Shown here: positions 27,074-29,562 of the stretch, one piece after another | How the letters are laid out: every line of letters starts with the position of its first letter | Numbering within the stretch: position 1 is the stretch's first letter | Origin: an uncultured virus (IMG/VR IMGVR_UViG_3300002835_000092) | Lineage: Duplodnaviria; Heunggongvirae; Uroviricota; Caudoviricetes | Virus record (IMG/VR): IMGVR_UViG_3300002835_000092 | DNA: 29,562 nt | Reading direction: 5' to 3' (one strand) | Notes under the pieces: generated by a model | The model's database searches: none | What the model saw: the letters and a program-made list of their open reading frames with translations, nothing else | Told to the model about the DNA's origin: nothing | Translations under genes and position numbers: made by a program

Positions 27074-27356
27074 GTTAAATGATTTTGTTGGGTTAATAAA
27101 AAATACATTATAAGATTTACTTTAAATATAAGACTTCTATCTATTATACTTGTTTCAAAGGTTCATAATATTACATAAAGCAGGAATGTAATACTAACTC
27201 ATAATGTATTTAATAATGAATACAGGCATAGCTACATCATAAATTATAAATAATTTACAGTCTGAAAGTCATCATATTCATATAAGATAGAACAATCTAT
27301 TCTTTATGGTTTGAATAGTTAGAGATACCACAATATTACTCTGTTGTTCTATTATT

Positions 27357-27599
27357 TTATTCTGTTTTAGTATATTTATCATAAGGACCAATATATATTG
27401 TATCTCCTTTAGTCATTTCTAAAGTAATCAATGAATTATCTGTTGGTATAGATTCTTCATCATCATTCCAAATGAAAGTTGTTTGTTGTCTTTCATTTAA
27501 TTTATTTTCAAGTTTAGTATAACCTCTATATAATTGAACATTAAGGATTATAGATACTATAAATATAAATGCTATTGTAAATTGAATTGTTGATTTCAT
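27357..27599 (-). CDS. small membrane protein (80 aa)
   Basis: N-terminal TM segment; ACCCAACA immediately upstream. Confidence 0.75.
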   Translation of the reverse strand: MKSTIQFTIAFIFIVSIILNVQLYRGYTKLENKLNERQQTTFIWNDDEESIPTDNSLITLEMTKGDTIYIGPYDKYTKTE

Positions 27600-27610
27600 T
27601 TTGTTGGGTT

Positions 27611-27913
27611 TTAGAACAAATTATTAATTATCCATTTTAATCCTGGTTTAATCCATTTATTTTCTTTTCTAATAAGTAATTTATTAGCTTTAGGAAAATA
27701 ATCTAATATACCAAAATCTTGTGTTGTAATGGTATATTTGTGGTCTTGTGATATTACATCATATTTGATTGATAATGGTTCTAACCATCCATCAATAAAT
27801 TTTTCACTTCTTGTTTCTCTTAATGCTTTACACAATAGAGAAAAAGATTTAAAGTCATTGTCTTCTAATTGTGATAATGACTTTAGTTTTTCCGATTCTT
27901 TTACAGATTCCAT
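27611..27913 (-). CDS. hypothetical protein (100 aa)
   Basis: Packed ORF. Confidence 0.7.
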   Translation of the reverse strand: MESVKESEKLKSLSQLEDNDFKSFSLLCKALRETRSEKFIDGWLEPLSIKYDVISQDHKYTITTQDFGILDYFPKANKLLIRKENKWIKPGLKWIINNLF

Positions 27914-27987
27914 ACAATATAATATAATGTAGTGAATATTAAAAATGTATATAAATAATACATTCCTACTGATGCTTGTCTTTTCAT
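27901..27987 (-). CDS. 28-aa hydrophobic peptide, absent from ORF track
   Basis: MKRQASVGMYYLYTFLIFTTLYYIVWNL; preceded by ACCCAACATT-ATG, identical to the leader of the gene at 29320. Confidence 0.5.
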   Translation of the reverse strand: MKRQASVGMYYLYTFLIFTTLYYIVWNL

Positions 27988-28006
27988 AATGTTGGGTATT
28001 AATGAA

Positions 28007-28291
28007 TTAATTTTTTAATGATTTCTTATATCTGATTTTAGCTGCTTGTTCAGCATCTTTATTAATCAGTCTTAAATTGTTTATATGAGTATATACAATT
28101 CTTTTAGTTTTTGGTGTTTGTAATATAGCTTGATTGTTATTACTAATACCAATTAATATCCATACCATAGCAGAACTTGATGCCCAAGTACAATGATATT
28201 TTTGACCTATTTTAAGTTCTTTTGGAACTTTATCTGATTCTTGTAATGGAAGATAAGGTATATCTTTTAGCCAATTTTCTGGATATGACAT
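28007..28291 (-). CDS. hypothetical protein (94 aa), possibly a small beta-barrel
   Basis: ORF with A-rich leader; LKIGQKY...LQTPKT beta-strand pattern. Confidence 0.7.
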   Translation of the reverse strand: MSYPENWLKDIPYLPLQESDKVPKELKIGQKYHCTWASSSAMVWILIGISNNNQAILQTPKTKRIVYTHINNLRLINKDAEQAAKIRYKKSLKN

Positions 28292-28856
28292 AGTGATAGA
28301 ATTTAAAGTTAAAAAAAAGAGTATCTCACAACTATTATAGGCTTTTATTTAGGTTGTGAATCTTATGTGTTCCAGCTTCAAGGATAATACTCTTTTATGT
28401 TTTTATATAAACTACCTATTCTATCATAATACTGTTCTCAAGCAATATTATGATAGAAAATAACAATGTTCAGTTATTATTTGTCAGTAGTGAGATTATT
28501 AAATAATTAAGTTTTAGCTATTAAGATAATTGTTGTGAAATAGAGTGAAATTAAAAAGAGTTCAAAAGAGGTTGTAAGGTGCTATGCCACGCTATCATTG
28601 AGTTCTATGCAATACCAAATACTATTTTCAAACTAATTTACAATCTTCTATTTAAGTTTCTATTCATTTTACTATGAAAGTTATATGGAACACAATTAAA
28701 ACACATTTTAAATGTTAATTTACTCTGCGTATTAGTCTCTTAAATAGAAAACAAACTCTTAATTATGATTTCAATATCATATTATGTTCATAAGAGTTTG
28801 TTTATTGTGCCTTCTTATAGTGCCATACAACACCTATTACACTATCCTGTGCAACT

Positions 28857-28881
28857 CTAATGATAAGTGAGGGTTTTGAAA
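28857..28881 (-). promoter_or_regulatory. repeated phage promoter-like motif, copy 2
   Basis: TTTCAAAACCCTCACTTATCATTAG. Confidence 0.7.
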
Positions 28882-29000
28882 CAGTATAAGAGATAAAAAA
28901 AAGAAAGTATCAAACATAATCAATTTAAGTTTAATCATATTTGTAATATATAAATGTTCAAATAAAATTGAACTTGAAAACGGAACACAGTTTAAAGGAG

Positions 29001-29048
29001 AAAAAAAATAACTGCATACCTACTCCTTAATGGAAGCAAGTATGCAGT
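29001..29048 (-). terminator. terminator-like hairpin
   Basis: ACTGCATAC/GTATGCAGT stem followed by T8 on the minus strand, just after the stop at 29057. Confidence 0.6.
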
Positions 29049-29056
29049 ATCTTTAT

Positions 29057-29320
29057 CTACAATGTGAATAACACATTATCAGCAGATGGTTTGATGTTAG
29101 TAAGACAACCATTTTCATAGTCATCTCCATCTACAAGAACTTTCATTTCTTTAGAGCCATCAATGTCTTGCTGACATTTGAAATTGGTAGAACCAATGCT
29201 CAAGAATAGTTTTCCTGTATTAGGATTTTTTACAACTTGTGCTTTTTCAGATGATAAAGCAACTCTTTCTTTAAATTCAGCAATTGTGTAGAATTTGATG
29301 TTGTTAGCTGTTGTACTCAT
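29057..29320 (-). CDS. hypothetical early protein (87 aa)
   Basis: Flanked by promoter-like motifs upstream and a terminator downstream. Confidence 0.8.
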   Translation of the reverse strand: MSTTANNIKFYTIAEFKERVALSSEKAQVVKNPNTGKLFLSIGSTNFKCQQDIDGSKEMKVLVDGDDYENGCLTNIKPSADNVLFTL

Positions 29321-29374
29321 AATGTTGGGTAAGTATTATAATCCACTCCTGGCTTTAAAATGTTAGCATTATTG

Positions 29375-29396
29375 CTATTAATAAGTGAGGGTTTTG
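29375..29396 (-). promoter_or_regulatory. repeated phage promoter-like motif, copy 3
   Basis: CAAAACCCTCACTTATTAATAG. Confidence 0.7.
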
Positions 29397-29516
29397 CCCT
29401 ATTGGTATTAGTACATTATATTATATTAACACATTAATATTAACTTTGGCTTCGCTCACAATCAAGTAGGAAGTTACAGATGAATATTTAATATAGTTAA
29501 TATGAATATGTACATA

Positions 29517-29541
29517 CTAATAATAAGTGAGGGTTTTGAAA
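29517..29541 (-). promoter_or_regulatory. repeated phage promoter-like motif, copy 4
   Basis: TTTCAAAACCCTCACTTATTATTAG. Confidence 0.7.
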
Positions 29542-29562
29542 TGTGCATCTGTTCTCAAGAGA

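Noticed and set aside
2835..27932. All plus-strand ORFs in the track (for example 2835-3083, 15300-15677, 22442-22645, 26474-26677)
   Set aside because: Short and mostly antisense shadows of well-supported minus-strand genes, with no recognisable motifs
28326..28371. TCACAAC...GTTGTGAAT resembling ends of Bacteroidetes type II-C CRISPR repeats
   Set aside because: Only 7-9 nt match, in inside-out order, with no full repeat or array; explained as a hairpin stem
20587..28918. Further TAnnTTTG matches (20587, 21762, 22738, 28911)
   Set aside because: Expected by chance in AT-rich DNA and no supporting -33 element identified
21704..29487. 12-nt match ACAGATGAATAT at about 21704 and 29476
   Set aside because: Only two AT-rich copies and the flanks do not align
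23032..29538. 16-nt repeats as a CRISPR array or att sites
   Set aside because: Irregular spacing (142 nt to 5.8 kb), no cas or integrase genes, and always intergenic in one orientation
1..29562. Stop-codon reassignment as seen in some crAss-like phages
   Set aside because: Genes are intact under code 11, and TAG (9995, 29057) and TGA (104, 2492, 8905, 15194) act as stops at gene junctions

Overview
This AT-rich window is a dsDNA bacteriophage genome segment with essentially all genes on the minus strand. Gene content points to a crAss-like (Crassvirales) phage of a Bacteroidetes, probably Flavobacteriia, host: PolB, DnaG-type primase, SF4 helicase, UDG, PD-(D/E)xK nucleases, HU and DUF3127, with A-rich start contexts lacking Shine-Dalgarno sites. 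That taxonomic call is an inference. In transcription order (right to left) there are three parts. (1) An early-like region (~22.4-29.5 kb) of small hypothetical, lipoprotein and GIY-YIG genes, with a 4x repeated promoter-like motif and a 5x pre-start-codon motif. (2) A ~1.9 kb ORF-poor RNA island (20.5-22.45 kb) with a complete tmRNA encoding an unusually long 35-codon tag, a tRNA-like element and several unexplained structured elements. (3) A replication/recombination module (0.4-20.5 kb) containing an apparently complete ubiquitin-like conjugation cassette: Ubl precursor with an internal GG, E2-like, JAB protease and E1/ThiF. The module also encodes a P-loop ATPase whose Walker B segment precedes Walker A. 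All calls come from reading motifs by eye; no searches were run.
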